Origin: Bdellovibrionales bacterium
GTDB lineage: Bacteria > Bdellovibrionota > Bdellovibrionia > Bdellovibrionales > JAMPXM01
Assembly: GCA_043739185.1 (NCBI GenBank)
Contig: JAYUEN010000050.1
Span: forward strand, 1 to 22,052
DNA: 22,052 nt
Reading direction: 5' to 3'
Shown here: positions 7,125 to 17,162 of the stretch, one piece after another
Layout: every line of letters begins with the position of its first letter
Position numbering within the stretch: the first letter of the stretch is position 1
The notes under the pieces: generated by a model
The model's input: only the letters and a program-made list of their open reading frames with translations
What the model was told of the DNA's origin: nothing
Databases searched by the model: none
Translations under genes and position numbers: made by a program

Positions 7125-10100
7125 CTATATTCTAAGTTCAATAAAATCAGTTCGTCCAAATAAATTTTGCATTTGATCAAAGAATTCCGTACTTGGATCA
7201 ATTCCCTTGTGCCCTTCGAGATCGAGGGTCACCATTTTTTCAAGCTCGGGGATATCAATCAAAATTTCAATTGCAGTGGCGCCGGGGTACTGAAACAAAA
7301 GCTTATGAAGCTCTGCCATTTTTGGCTGCATACTGCCGTCAATCTTAAAAACTGCTTGTTTCGATTTCTTCAAAATGTCTTCAAGGCGCGCCACTTTATC
7401 AACCAAGATCTTTTTGCTATCCCCTTCTTTTTCAAGGGTCCCACCCAAGAGTACGGCATGATCTTCCTTTAAATGTTTTTCTGCCTCTTTATAAACATCC
7501 GGAAAAATAACCAGCTCAATGCTGCCGGTAAGATCTTCTAGCTGCGCAAATGCCATGCGCGTACCTTTGCGTGTAATAATCTCTCTTTGGCTGGTAATAA
7601 GCCCAGCTAAGACAACACGCTTTTTATTGTCGACATTTTTAAGTCCTTCGATTTCACAAGTGGCCCACGCCCGATACAGCTTTCCCAGACCTGTCAAAGG
7701 ATGTTCACTTAAGTAAAAGCCAAGAATCTCTTTTTCATAGGCAAGTCGTGCACTGCGATTCCAAGGAGTGACTTCATCTAGGACAATGCGCGCTTCACTA
7801 TTCTCTGGGCTTGAGTTTTCAAGCATATCAAATAACGATACTTGTCCGACTTCACGATCTTGTTTGGCAATGCTGGCTCGATTTAAGTATTTTTCGTAAC
7901 CGTTAAAAAGTTGCGCGCGATGCGGGCCGAAACCATCTAAAGCCCCAGCTTTTACTAAACTTTCAATCGTTTTCTTATTTACCTTGCGATCAATGACTTC
8001 AAAAAACTCCTCAAGGCTCTCAAATTTTTTATTGATTAATGAATTGCGCGCATTGATAAGACTTTCAACTGCAGCTTCGCCAACGCCCTTAATCGCACCA
8101 AGTGAAAAGAAAATAGTATCGTCTTTGATTGAGAACTTAAAATCAGAATAATTAATATTGGGTGGTCTGACCTCAATGCCATGGGCTCTTGCGTCCTTAA
8201 CATAGCGAACGATATCTTCCGTGCTGCTCATTTCAGTTGAAAGCAGAGCTGCAAAAAACTCAACTGGATAATATTTTTTTAGCCAGGCCGTTTGCGCCGC
8301 CACCACACAATAAGCCGCCGCATGAGATTTATTAAATCCATAACTCGCAAACTTTTCCATAAGGTCAAAGAGTTCCCCGGCCCGTTTCTCATCAAAGCCT
8401 TTGTCTTTTGCACCCTTTAAAAAACGAACCTTTTGTGCATTCATCTCAGACGCCAATTTTTTACCCATTGCTCGTCTGAGCATATCGGCTTCGCCCAGGC
8501 TATATCCACCAATGAGACTCGCAATCGACATCACTTGCTCTTGGTAAATAATAATTCCGTAGGTTTCACTCAAAACGGCTTCTAGTTCTGGAAACAAATA
8601 CTCAGCCTTTTTATCGCCATGCTTTCGAGCCGTATACTCCGGAATCATATCCATGGGGCCGGGACGATAAAGCGCATTGATAGCGGTGATATCTTCAAAT
8701 GAGGAGGGCTTGATTTTTCTTACGGTGTCGGTAATGCCGTCGCCTTCAAATTGAAAAATCCCGAGTGTGTCACCCTTCGACATAATTTCATAAATTCCGG
8801 GATCACTTACTGGAATATCTTGCGGTAATATTTTCTTACCGCGATTTTGCTCGACTAAATCGAGAGCGTTTTGAATATGGGTAAGCGTTTTTAAACCCAA
8901 AAAGTCAAATTTGATAAGGCCGATTTTCTCGGCATATTTCATATCATATTGAACGACGTTTTCGCCGTCTGCTCCTCGATACAAGGGCGCATATTCAACT
9001 AGAGGCCTATTTGAAATAATAATTCCCGCAGCATGAATTCCAGCGTGCCGAACCAAACCCTCGACTCTTTGAGCGAGATCCATGAGCGTGCCAATTTGTG
9101 GGTTTTGCTCCATTGCCTCTTTGAGTCGTGGTTCAAGCTCAATAGCTTCTTTTAAAGTAATCCCAAGCTTATCGGGCATCAATTTTGAAATCACATCGAC
9201 TTCAGAATACGCCATTCCCAAAACCCGGCCGACGTCTCGAATGGCAGCGCGCGCTTGCAATTTTCCGTAGGTAATAATTTGTGAAACATTGCTTACGCCA
9301 TATTTCTTGGTTACATAATCTATCACCTGAGGGCGTTTATCCTGACAAAAGTCGATATCAAAGTCAGGCATTGAAATCCGTTCGGGATTTAAAAATCTTT
9401 CAAACAGAAGTTTATAGCGAACCGGATCGAGATCGGTAATTCTCAATGAATAGGCGACCAAAGATCCCGCACCTGAACCCCGGCCTGGGCCAACTGGGAT
9501 TGAATGATCTTTTGCCCAATTGATGAAATCTTGTACGATTAAGAAATAAGAAGTGAATCCCATTTTCTCAATTACTGAAAGTTCAAAATCCAAACGTTTC
9601 ACATAATCAGGCTTGAGCTCAGGCTTTACTGCTTCCCCTCGTTTTTCAGCCTCTTGATAACGTAGTTCTAAACCCTCCAAGGCTTTACTGCGAATCAATT
9701 CGGCAGGCCCTTCGCCATTATCCGCGGTGAAATTTGGCAGGTGGTAAATACTTTTACCGGCTTCGTCTTTTAGTTTAAATTTCACATCACAACGTTCAGC
9801 GATTTCAAGAGTGTGATCACAGGCATGAGGTAAGTCTTGAAAAAGTCCGCGCATGGATTCAGTGCTCTTTAAATAAAACTGGTCTGTGCCGAGTTTAAAC
9901 CGCGACTCATCTTGCAGGGTTTTATTACTGCCAATGCAAATCAATACTTCTTGTGCAATTTGATCTTCTTGCTCTAAATAGTGAACATTATTGGTGGCGA
10001 CAATTTTAGTTTTGGTTTTCTCTGAGGCTTCGCAAAGAAATTCGTTATAAGCTTTCCATTCAGGTGAGGTCCGACAAACTTCAAGATAAAATCGATCGCC

Positions 10101-10613
10101 AAATATTTGTTTCAGGTCTAAGATTTTTTGAATCGCGACCTCAGCTCCATGACGCTCAAAAGTAGATATGATCTCTCCGGTTTTACCACCGCTCAAAGCA
10201 ATAATACCCGTATTGTATTTTGAAAGTACTTCATAGTCGATTCTGGGTTTGTAGTAAAAGCCCTCTTGAAATCCAATAGATGAAATTTTACAGAGGTTTT
10301 GATAGCCCTCTAAATTCTGCGCAAGTAAAACCAATCTGCGATTCGGTTGATTTAATGTTTCTTTATCCTCACCTTTTTGCAGTCGCGACTTCGGAGCTAA
10401 ATAAACATCTGTTCCTAAAATTGCTTTTAAGGATTTTTCTTTTGCAGCAAAGTAAAACTCAACCGCGCCAAACATATTTCCGTTGTCAGTCAGGGCCACC
10501 GCAGATTGTTTATAATCCGCAACCTTTTTTACCAATTGATCGGGGCGAATAGAAGCTTCTAAAAGTGAGTACTGCGAGTGAACATGCAAATGAACAAAAT
10601 CACTAGAACTCAT
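7125..10613 (-). CDS. dnaE: DNA polymerase III alpha subunit
   Basis: FVHLHVHSQYSLL, GPGRGSGAGSLVAY, FERFLNPERISMPDFDIDF, KFDFLGL, YGFNKSHAAAY and a C-terminal OB fold; 1162 aa. Confidence 0.99.
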   Translation of the reverse strand: MSSSDFVHLHVHSQYSLLEASIRPDQLVKKVADYKQSAVALTDNGNMFGAVEFYFAAKEKSLKAILGTDVYLAPKSRLQKGEDKETLNQPNRRLVLLAQNLEGYQNLCKISSIGFQEGFYYKPRIDYEVLSKYNTGIIALSGGKTGEIISTFERHGAEVAIQKILDLKQIFGDRFYLEVCRTSPEWKAYNEFLCEASEKTKTKIVATNNVHYLEQEDQIAQEVLICIGSNKTLQDESRFKLGTDQFYLKSTESMRGLFQDLPHACDHTLEIAERCDVKFKLKDEAGKSIYHLPNFTADNGEGPAELIRSKALEGLELRYQEAEKRGEAVKPELKPDYVKRLDFELSVIEKMGFTSYFLIVQDFINWAKDHSIPVGPGRGSGAGSLVAYSLRITDLDPVRYKLLFERFLNPERISMPDFDIDFCQDKRPQVIDYVTKKYGVSNVSQIITYGKLQARAAIRDVGRVLGMAYSEVDVISKLMPDKLGITLKEAIELEPRLKEAMEQNPQIGTLMDLAQRVEGLVRHAGIHAAGIIISNRPLVEYAPLYRGADGENVVQYDMKYAEKIGLIKFDFLGLKTLTHIQNALDLVEQNRGKKILPQDIPVSDPGIYEIMSKGDTLGIFQFEGDGITDTVRKIKPSSFEDITAINALYRPGPMDMIPEYTARKHGDKKAEYLFPELEAVLSETYGIIIYQEQVMSIASLIGGYSLGEADMLRRAMGKKLASEMNAQKVRFLKGAKDKGFDEKRAGELFDLMEKFASYGFNKSHAAAYCVVAAQTAWLKKYYPVEFFAALLSTEMSSTEDIVRYVKDARAHGIEVRPPNINYSDFKFSIKDDTIFFSLGAIKGVGEAAVESLINARNSLINKKFESLEEFFEVIDRKVNKKTIESLVKAGALDGFGPHRAQLFNGYEKYLNRASIAKQDREVGQVSLFDMLENSSPENSEARIVLDEVTPWNRSARLAYEKEILGFYLSEHPLTGLGKLYRAWATCEIEGLKNVDNKKRVVLAGLITSQREIITRKGTRMAFAQLEDLTGSIELVIFPDVYKEAEKHLKEDHAVLLGGTLEKEGDSKKILVDKVARLEDILKKSKQAVFKIDGSMQPKMAELHKLLFQYPGATAIEILIDIPELEKMVTLDLEGHKGIDPSTEFFDQMQNLFGRTDFIELRI

Positions 10614-12143
10614 TTATTCCCACTCAATTGTGCCAGGTGGTTTGCTGGTAATATCATAAACCACACGATTAACACCTTTGACTTCATTGGTTATTTTATT
10701 GCTTATATTTCTTAAAAACTCGGGCTCAAAATTATACCAATCAGCTGTCATACCGTCGGATGAAGTCACAGCTCGAAGTGCCAATACTTTTTCGTAAGTA
10801 CGGCCATCTCCTTGTACACCAACACTTCGAATGGGAAGTAATACTGCAAATGCCTGCCAAATCTTATCGTAAAGACCTGCACGCCTTAGCTCTGAAATAA
10901 AAATATGATCACATTCTCTCAAAGTCTCAAGATCTTCTTTGTTGATTTCTCCGATTGTACGAATGGCAAGGCCCGGGCCGGGAAATGGATGTCGATCAAT
11001 GACCTCGCTTGTAAGCCCAAGCTCTTTACCGAGTAGACGCACTTCATCTTTAAATAATTCACGAAGTGGCTCTACCAATTTTAATTTCATTTTTTCTGGC
11101 AAACCGCCCACATTATGATGAGATTTAATAGTGACTGATTGGCCTCTTATCGAAACACTTTCAATAACATCAGGATACAAAGTACCCTGAGCAAGCCAGT
11201 CGCTCTTGATATTTAATTTCTCTAGTGCCTTGGCAAAGACTTCAATAAATACATGGCCAATTGCTTTTCGTTTTGCTTCAGGATCGCTCAAGCCTTCAAG
11301 TGCCTTTAAAAAAGATTTCTCAGCGTTGACACCGACTACATTCAGACCAATCCCACGATACTTCGCCAGCACTTCCTGATATTCATCTTTTCTAAGGAGA
11401 CCATTGTTTACGAAAACACAATGAACGCGCTCATTCCCAATGGCCTTTGCTAGAAGTGCTGCGACGACACTTGAATCTACGCCGCCGCTCAAACCACATA
11501 AAACGTGATCCGTTGGCCCTACTTGTGCTTTGATTTTTTCAATGAGATGAGAGGCGATATGAGGTGGATCCCAATTCGGTGCGGCTTTGCAAAACTCAAA
11601 ACAAAAGGCTTTCAATAAGCCGAGTCCAAATTCGGTGTGCGCAACCTCTGGATGAAATTGTACCGCCCACATTTTGTCATTTCGAATGGCTGCAGGATGA
11701 TTGTTTTCTGAAGTTGCGATGATCGTAAATCCTGGAGGTGGAACTCTAACAATATCACCATGGCTCATCCAGACTTTTTGAAGATCGGGAATTTCGTGAC
11801 TAATCGACTGACTCCAAGTGATATTATTAAAACCATATTCTCGTTTAGAACTTGGTTCAACCACGCCACCTAAATCTTGTGCGATCAATTGCATTCCGTA
11901 ACAAATTCCAAACAGAGGAGCGATTTCTGAAAGTTCGCGAATGCTACGCTTTGGAGCTCCGGTTTCACTTACTGAACTAGGCCCGCCGCTCAAAAAGATT
12001 CCGCAAGGTCTTAAAGCCTGAATCTTTTCAATTGGAGTATTAAATGGAAGAATTTCAGAATAAACCCGAAGCTCTCTCAGTCTTCTGGCGATCAACTGCG
12101 TGAATTGTGAACCAAAATCAAGAACGACAAATCCACCCTGCAT
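10614..12143 (-). CDS. guaA: GMP synthase (glutamine-hydrolysing)
   Basis: LDFGSQFTQLIARR, GICYGMQ, QFHPEV, SGGVDSS, IKSHHNVGGLP, KPPGTIEWE. Confidence 0.99.
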   Translation of the reverse strand: MQGGFVVLDFGSQFTQLIARRLRELRVYSEILPFNTPIEKIQALRPCGIFLSGGPSSVSETGAPKRSIRELSEIAPLFGICYGMQLIAQDLGGVVEPSSKREYGFNNITWSQSISHEIPDLQKVWMSHGDIVRVPPPGFTIIATSENNHPAAIRNDKMWAVQFHPEVAHTEFGLGLLKAFCFEFCKAAPNWDPPHIASHLIEKIKAQVGPTDHVLCGLSGGVDSSVVAALLAKAIGNERVHCVFVNNGLLRKDEYQEVLAKYRGIGLNVVGVNAEKSFLKALEGLSDPEAKRKAIGHVFIEVFAKALEKLNIKSDWLAQGTLYPDVIESVSIRGQSVTIKSHHNVGGLPEKMKLKLVEPLRELFKDEVRLLGKELGLTSEVIDRHPFPGPGLAIRTIGEINKEDLETLRECDHIFISELRRAGLYDKIWQAFAVLLPIRSVGVQGDGRTYEKVLALRAVTSSDGMTADWYNFEPEFLRNISNKITNEVKGVNRVVYDITSKPPGTIEWE

Positions 12144-13615
12144 TAATATTCCAATCGATAGTTTGGCGCTTCTTTAGTAATGCTAACATCATGCACATGA
12201 GATTCTCTTAAGCCTTGGGGACTAATTCTGACAAAATCAGCTTTGGCTTGAAGTTCATCAATATTACTTGCGCCTAAATATCCCATTCCAGATTTCAATC
12301 CGCCAATGAGCTGATGTAAGATCGCACTTGCGGATCCTTTATACGGGACTTTACCTTCAATGCCTTCAGGCACCAATTTGTCAAAATCCGAAACTTCGGC
12401 CTGACCATAACGATCACGAGAACCAAGAGTCATGGCGCCCATACTTCCCATTCCACGATAGGTTTTGTAAGTTCGGCCTTGATACAAGATCGTCTCTCCG
12501 GGCGATTCATCGCTACCGGCTAAAAGATTTCCGATCATAACTGAATTTGCACCAAGTGCTAATGCCTTGGTGATATCTCCAGAATATTTAATCCCACCAT
12601 CGGCGACAATACTCTTCCCAAGTTTTTTGGCGATCCCTGCGCATTCTTGAATGGCGCTGATTTGAGGCATTCCTACCCCGGCTACAATCCGCGTGGTACA
12701 AATGCTACCCGGACCGATTCCGACTTTTACGACTTCAGCTCCTGCTTTAATAAGAGCTTCTGTCCCATCTTTGGTCACAACATTTCCGGCACTGATAATT
12801 GTATCTTTAAACTTTTTAGAAGCCCAAGAAATCATGGTTAAAACATTTTTTGAATGTCCATGAGCTGTATCAATAACTAAGACATCAACACCAGCACCCA
12901 CCAATGCTTCGGCACGTTCATAAGAGCTCGGATCGACGCCAGTTGCCGCACCAACAAAAAGTCTGCCGTGTTCATCTTTAGTTGAAATCGGAAAGGCATG
13001 AGACTTCTCAATATCCTTAATTGTAATAAGTCCTTTGAGTCGGCCCTTGTCATCAACAACCGGTAACTTTTCAATACGATGTTTTTGCAAGATCTTTTTG
13101 GCTTGCTCTAAAGTGGTTCCAACTTTTGTTGTCACCAAATTTTCTTTGGTCATAAGTTGCGAAACTTTTTGACTTAAGTTTGTTTCAAAACGCAAATCAC
13201 GATTGGTTAAAATTCCCACCAAAACGCCATCGACCACAACCGGTAAGCCACTTATTGAAAATTGTTTCATAAGGGCCATTGCATCCCCGACTTTTTGATC
13301 GGGTTCAAGGGTTACGGGATCTAAAATCATTCCGCTTTCATATTTTTTTACTTTTTCAACTTCGAGTGCTTGATTTTCAATAGTCAAATTTTTATGAATG
13401 ACACCTAAGCCGCCTTGCTGAGCCATAACTCTGGCAATTTTATTTTCAGTAACGGTGTCCATTGCTGAACTTAAAATTGGGGTATTGAGATATTTCTCTC
13501 GTGCAAAAAAACTTTTAGCCGATACTTCGCTCGGAACAATTTCAGAATACTGTGGCACGAGCAATATATCATCGTAAGTCAGAGCATATTTAATTTCGTC
13601 AAAATGTTTTGCCAT
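12143..13615 (-). CDS. guaB: IMP dehydrogenase with CBS pair
   Basis: [25 protein letters not shown], catalytic [29 protein letters not shown]. Confidence 0.99.
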   Translation of the reverse strand: MAKHFDEIKYALTYDDILLVPQYSEIVPSEVSAKSFFAREKYLNTPILSSAMDTVTENKIARVMAQQGGLGVIHKNLTIENQALEVEKVKKYESGMILDPVTLEPDQKVGDAMALMKQFSISGLPVVVDGVLVGILTNRDLRFETNLSQKVSQLMTKENLVTTKVGTTLEQAKKILQKHRIEKLPVVDDKGRLKGLITIKDIEKSHAFPISTKDEHGRLFVGAATGVDPSSYERAEALVGAGVDVLVIDTAHGHSKNVLTMISWASKKFKDTIISAGNVVTKDGTEALIKAGAEVVKVGIGPGSICTTRIVAGVGMPQISAIQECAGIAKKLGKSIVADGGIKYSGDITKALALGANSVMIGNLLAGSDESPGETILYQGRTYKTYRGMGSMGAMTLGSRDRYGQAEVSDFDKLVPEGIEGKVPYKGSASAILHQLIGGLKSGMGYLGASNIDELQAKADFVRISPQGLRESHVHDVSITKEAPNYRLEY

Positions 13616-13624
13616 TTTTAACTC

Positions 13625-14170
13625 CTAAAGTTCAAATTTCATATTTGCTGGTGGCCGTTTTGATGGATCTTCGTACCATGACTTGTACATTATATAATTA
13701 TTTGCAGACTTCGTAAGAAATTCGAGCTCCTCTTTTTTTAAAGCTCGAATGGCCTTTGCAGGTCTGCCCATGATTAAAAACCCAGGTTCGAATTGACTTG
13801 CTTCGGTTACCAGTGAACCCGCGCCCACAATACATCTTTCAGGAATATGCGCATTGTCCATTAGGATTGAACCCATTCCGATGAGACACAAATCATCTAC
13901 TCTGCAGCCATGAATAATAACACTGTGGCCTATGGTGACTTGATTGCCAATACTTGCAAAAGCCTTATTGAAAGTTCCGTGCAAAACAGAATTGTCTTGA
14001 ATATTGGTGTCAAAGCCAATCCGTATTGGACCAACATCTCCGCGAATGCTGACATTAAACCAAACAGAGGAGTTTTTTCCGATTTCGACGTTGCCGATAA
14101 CATCAGCGCTAGAAGCTAAAAATACGCCAGAACCCAATTTTGGAGTAAAGCCAAGACAAGAAGTAATCAT
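13625..14170 (-). CDS. Gamma carbonic anhydrase family (YrdA-like) hexapeptide-repeat protein
   Basis: IRGDV, NIQDNSVLH and IGHSVIIHGC with three His ligands; LIGMGS; left-handed beta-helix repeats. Confidence 0.93.
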   Translation of the reverse strand: MITSCLGFTPKLGSGVFLASSADVIGNVEIGKNSSVWFNVSIRGDVGPIRIGFDTNIQDNSVLHGTFNKAFASIGNQVTIGHSVIIHGCRVDDLCLIGMGSILMDNAHIPERCIVGAGSLVTEASQFEPGFLIMGRPAKAIRALKKEELEFLTKSANNYIMYKSWYEDPSKRPPANMKFEL

Positions 14171-14178
14171 CGAGGCGA

Positions 14179-14769
14179 TTACATCACATAAGCCTGTTTC
14201 TTGGAACCAATTTCAGGCTGTAAATTGAGGCTTTGTTCAAGCCCTAGGATCGCGACATCAAGGTCGCGGCATTGCATTATAAATTCTTGAGTGCTAAAAA
14301 ATCTAGCTTTCTGAGCTGAACAAAAAGGAATGGCTTCATCGGCCCGAACTCGCATTTCTTTAAGCTTAGGATGACCCGAAAGCTCAAGACGAACATATTG
14401 ATGATGACCCTGGATTTCATTAAATTCGCAGCGCTCAATCTTAATTCCGGCTGAATCGATTATTTTTAAAGAAAGCCCATGAAAATTCGTATTTTTTGAA
14501 AGGTCAAGAGCCGCAATACTCGCATCGATTTGGTTTAACCAAACTGGCAAATTTAGGCTTTCGGCTTGATCTCTAAAAATCAATACAGGCCTGGTCTGTA
14601 GTGGCCCCATTGAAATGGCATAGGGAAATAACTCGATCCAAATGGTCTCTGTATTTTCACTTTTAATTTTACTGCGATATTTTTGCTCTACAGGGTTAAC
14701 CACGGCGCGTACTTCGAGCTTGCGCCCAATTTTTCTGCCTACTGCTTTTATTCCACGAGTCGCTTTCAT
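14179..14769 (-). CDS. Bifunctional nuclease (DUF151) family protein, divergent
   Basis: PVLIFRD..LNLPVWL..IDASIA and RVRADEAI follow the DUF151 pattern; located directly behind miaB. Confidence 0.75.
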   Translation of the reverse strand: MKATRGIKAVGRKIGRKLEVRAVVNPVEQKYRSKIKSENTETIWIELFPYAISMGPLQTRPVLIFRDQAESLNLPVWLNQIDASIAALDLSKNTNFHGLSLKIIDSAGIKIERCEFNEIQGHHQYVRLELSGHPKLKEMRVRADEAIPFCSAQKARFFSTQEFIMQCRDLDVAILGLEQSLNLQPEIGSKKQAYVM

Positions 14770-16209
14770 TTAATTTAGCCCTTGAGTACTACTGATAAGC
14801 TCAGCTCGTAAAACCGTAGGAAAAGCCTTTTTAACTTTTACTTTTTGAATGCTGCCGATATAACTTTCTGGTCTTTCACTAGGCGCTAAAATATAAGTGA
14901 GCTTGTTTTGAGTGCTTCTTCCGACCAAGTATTTTTCTTCGCTCTTAAATTCTTCAATTAAAATTTCTAATTCAGCGTCGTTATAACTATCTGCAAGTTC
15001 AAAGGCGATGACTCTCTGTCTGTCGAGTAATTCATTTAAACGCCTAAATTTTGTGGGCTCATCTAATTGATCTTCAAATTTTGCAGCTTTTGTGAAAGGT
15101 CGCGGCGAATAAGCAAATGCATAAATATTTTCGAAGCGAACCTCTTCAATAAGCTTCATGGTATCTTGAAATTGCAGCTCAGTCTCACCGGGAAAACCTA
15201 CGATCAAATCGGTCGAAAGGGCTACGCCAGGAATTCCTTCGCGAATCATCTTCACTTTTTCGAGGTATTCATCTCTCGAATAATTGCGATTCATTCGGGC
15301 CAAGACTTCGGTATTTCCCGATTGTGCTGGCAAATGCAAATAGTCACAAATTTTACTTCGGTACTTCTGAGACAAATCAATCAATGCTTGATCAAAGTCT
15401 TTTGGATGAGGAGAGGTATACCGAATGCGAGAGATCTCGGTCTCTTCGCAAATATGTTTTAATAAATCTGTAAAATTAGCACCACATTCTGAGCGGTACG
15501 AATTTACGTTTTGTCCTAATAACGTGACTTCTTTAACTCCCCGCTCAGTTAGCTTTTTAATATCGCTTAAGAGTTCTTTCATCGATCTTGATTTTTCACG
15601 GCCACGAGTGAAAGGAACCACACAGAAACTGCAGAAATTGTCACAGCCTTTACCAATATTAACGAAACTTGCAACCCCAGGATTGCGAATCAGGGTTTCG
15701 ATTTGATAGGGTTCATCATGTTTGAATTTAGCAGAAACAATCTTTCTGTTTTCGAGTTGAACTTGAGCTACCAGTTCGGGAAGTTGATCGACCGCATCTG
15801 TCCCAAACACAAAGTCAACTAAAGGGGCGTCTTTGAGAAGTTTATCTTTTTCTTGTTGAGCCACACATCCGCCGACTCCGATTTTGAGCCGAGGATTTTT
15901 CTTCTTGAGTTCGCGGTATGTTCCAACTTCTGAACGCACTTTGTGCACTGGTTTTTCTCTGACCGAACAAGAATTAATCAAAATAAGTTCAGCGTCTTTT
16001 GGATCCTTCACTTCGATATAATTGCTCATCTCAAGTAAAGTGAGCATGCGTTCAGAGTCATTGACGTTCATTTGACAACCATAGGTCGAAATATACACAC
16101 CCCTTGGATCTTGGTGTGCCTTTAAAGCTTGGCTGGGAGCCTCAGCTGAGGGGTTCTTTGAAAGCTTTATAGGTTCGGTTGTAGTCATTTGAAAATTCCA
16201 ATTCTTCAT
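14770..16209 (-). CDS. miaB: tRNA-2-methylthio-N6-dimethylallyladenosine synthase
   Basis: TYGCQMN, NSCSVRE, GGCVAQ, radical-SAM CDNFCSFC, LLGQNVNSY, DLIVGFPGET and a C-terminal TRAM domain. Confidence 0.97.
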   Translation of the reverse strand: MKNWNFQMTTTEPIKLSKNPSAEAPSQALKAHQDPRGVYISTYGCQMNVNDSERMLTLLEMSNYIEVKDPKDAELILINSCSVREKPVHKVRSEVGTYRELKKKNPRLKIGVGGCVAQQEKDKLLKDAPLVDFVFGTDAVDQLPELVAQVQLENRKIVSAKFKHDEPYQIETLIRNPGVASFVNIGKGCDNFCSFCVVPFTRGREKSRSMKELLSDIKKLTERGVKEVTLLGQNVNSYRSECGANFTDLLKHICEETEISRIRYTSPHPKDFDQALIDLSQKYRSKICDYLHLPAQSGNTEVLARMNRNYSRDEYLEKVKMIREGIPGVALSTDLIVGFPGETELQFQDTMKLIEEVRFENIYAFAYSPRPFTKAAKFEDQLDEPTKFRRLNELLDRQRVIAFELADSYNDAELEILIEEFKSEEKYLVGRSTQNKLTYILAPSERPESYIGSIQKVKVKKAFPTVLRAELISSTQGLN

Positions 16210-16230
16210 TGTCTAGACTTGCCTGAACAG

Positions 16231-16259
16231 GTTATAATTGGGTAGACGAGGCCTGTCAA
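16231..16259 (-). promoter_or_regulatory. Sigma-70 promoter of the miaB-dnaE operon
   Basis: Minus strand TTGACA-N17-TATAAC, near consensus, 21 nt upstream of the miaB ATG. Confidence 0.65.
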
Positions 16260-16330
16260 AACGAGTCTTGAGTTATTTTGCTTAGTCATTTTACTGAGGG
16301 CGTTTTTAAGAAGTCTATGAGGTTTTTACA

Positions 16331-16870
16331 ATGAATCCCAGAAATCAAATTCAATCATCTTGGACCAGCATTCCTGAAGAATTTTCGTTCAAAGTATTAA
16401 ATGCCCTCGAGGCTGAATTCGCTAAACAGGCCAAGGCAGGTGAATTCATTGTCGAGGGAAAGATTTTTGATAACGAGATTTTGATTCGTATAGGCTACCT
16501 CGAAAGAGGCCGCCTACGTCAGATTAACTTTGAAGCCTCAGTCGATTATGATCGAGAAAGCTCTGAAATTCTCGATAGTTTTTACCTTTGCGTTGATTCC
16601 CTAGGCCTTTGGATGCATGAGTATTTTGAAAAGGCCGAACAAGATGAAGATCAGGATTTACCTCTGACTTGGCGGCCCGCTGAATTTAAAAATAATACTG
16701 TTTTTATGCAATTTAGCACGGTCAATTCAAGGCTTGAGCAAGAGGCAGATCGAATTTTGGGAATGAGCTCGAGCGCTCTTTTCAACGAAGAAATTGCTGG
16801 GGAAGACGCCTTCGAACACGCGATCATTGACCCTGATCTCTCAAGTGAAAAAGACCAGAGTACTCATTAA
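16331..16870 (+). CDS. Acidic cytoplasmic hypothetical protein (179 aa)
   Basis: GAGG SD before the ATG; globular composition; no recognised motif. Confidence 0.8.
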   Translation: MNPRNQIQSSWTSIPEEFSFKVLNALEAEFAKQAKAGEFIVEGKIFDNEILIRIGYLERGRLRQINFEASVDYDRESSEILDSFYLCVDSLGLWMHEYFEKAEQDEDQDLPLTWRPAEFKNNTVFMQFSTVNSRLEQEADRILGMSSSALFNEEIAGEDAFEHAIIDPDLSSEKDQSTH

Positions 16871-16970
16871 TTGAAAATTTCAGTATCGAGCATCCCGGTT
16901 TCGATAAACGACAGCAGAATCAGATTCTAGCTTCATGAACTGATTTTGTTTCCCCATCCTCACTAGTGCT

Positions 16971-17039
16971 TCGTTTCCCCCCAACATGACGCAAAAACCT
17001 CATGATGCCGTATACCAACGTCATGTTGGGGGAAAACGA
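16971..17039. repeat. 21-bp inverted repeat with 27-nt spacer
   Basis: TCGTTTCCCCCCAACATGACG (16971-16991) and CGTCATGTTGGGGGAAAACGA (17019-17039), 20 of 21 positions complementary. Confidence 0.9.
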
Positions 17040-17130
17040 TCCTATTACGCCCAACCGAGACCGAAACTGCCAATCGGTTAACAGCTGCTGCTGCCATAAA
17101 AAGAAGACTGCTCCCTAGCCAAGATCTAAG

Positions 17131-17162
17131 TTTTTAGCCAAAAGCCATAAAATGGCTAAAAA
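17131..17162. repeat. 10-bp inverted repeat with an alternative inner stem
   Basis: TTTTTAGCCA..TGGCTAAAAA; AGCCAT-AAA-ATGGCT competes for the same 3' arm. Confidence 0.6.

Noticed and set aside
7125..10613. Intein or split in dnaE
   Set aside because: Length is normal and motifs are contiguous; no intein-like insertion seen.
16945..17040. GTTTCCCC words resembling type I-E CRISPR repeats
   Set aside because: No regularly spaced direct repeats with unique spacers, and no cas genes; the structure is an inverted repeat.
16963..17097. 44-aa minus-strand ORF (MAAAAVNRLAVSV..)
   Set aside because: Short, runs through the hairpin, has poor SD spacing and no recognisable motif; probably incidental.
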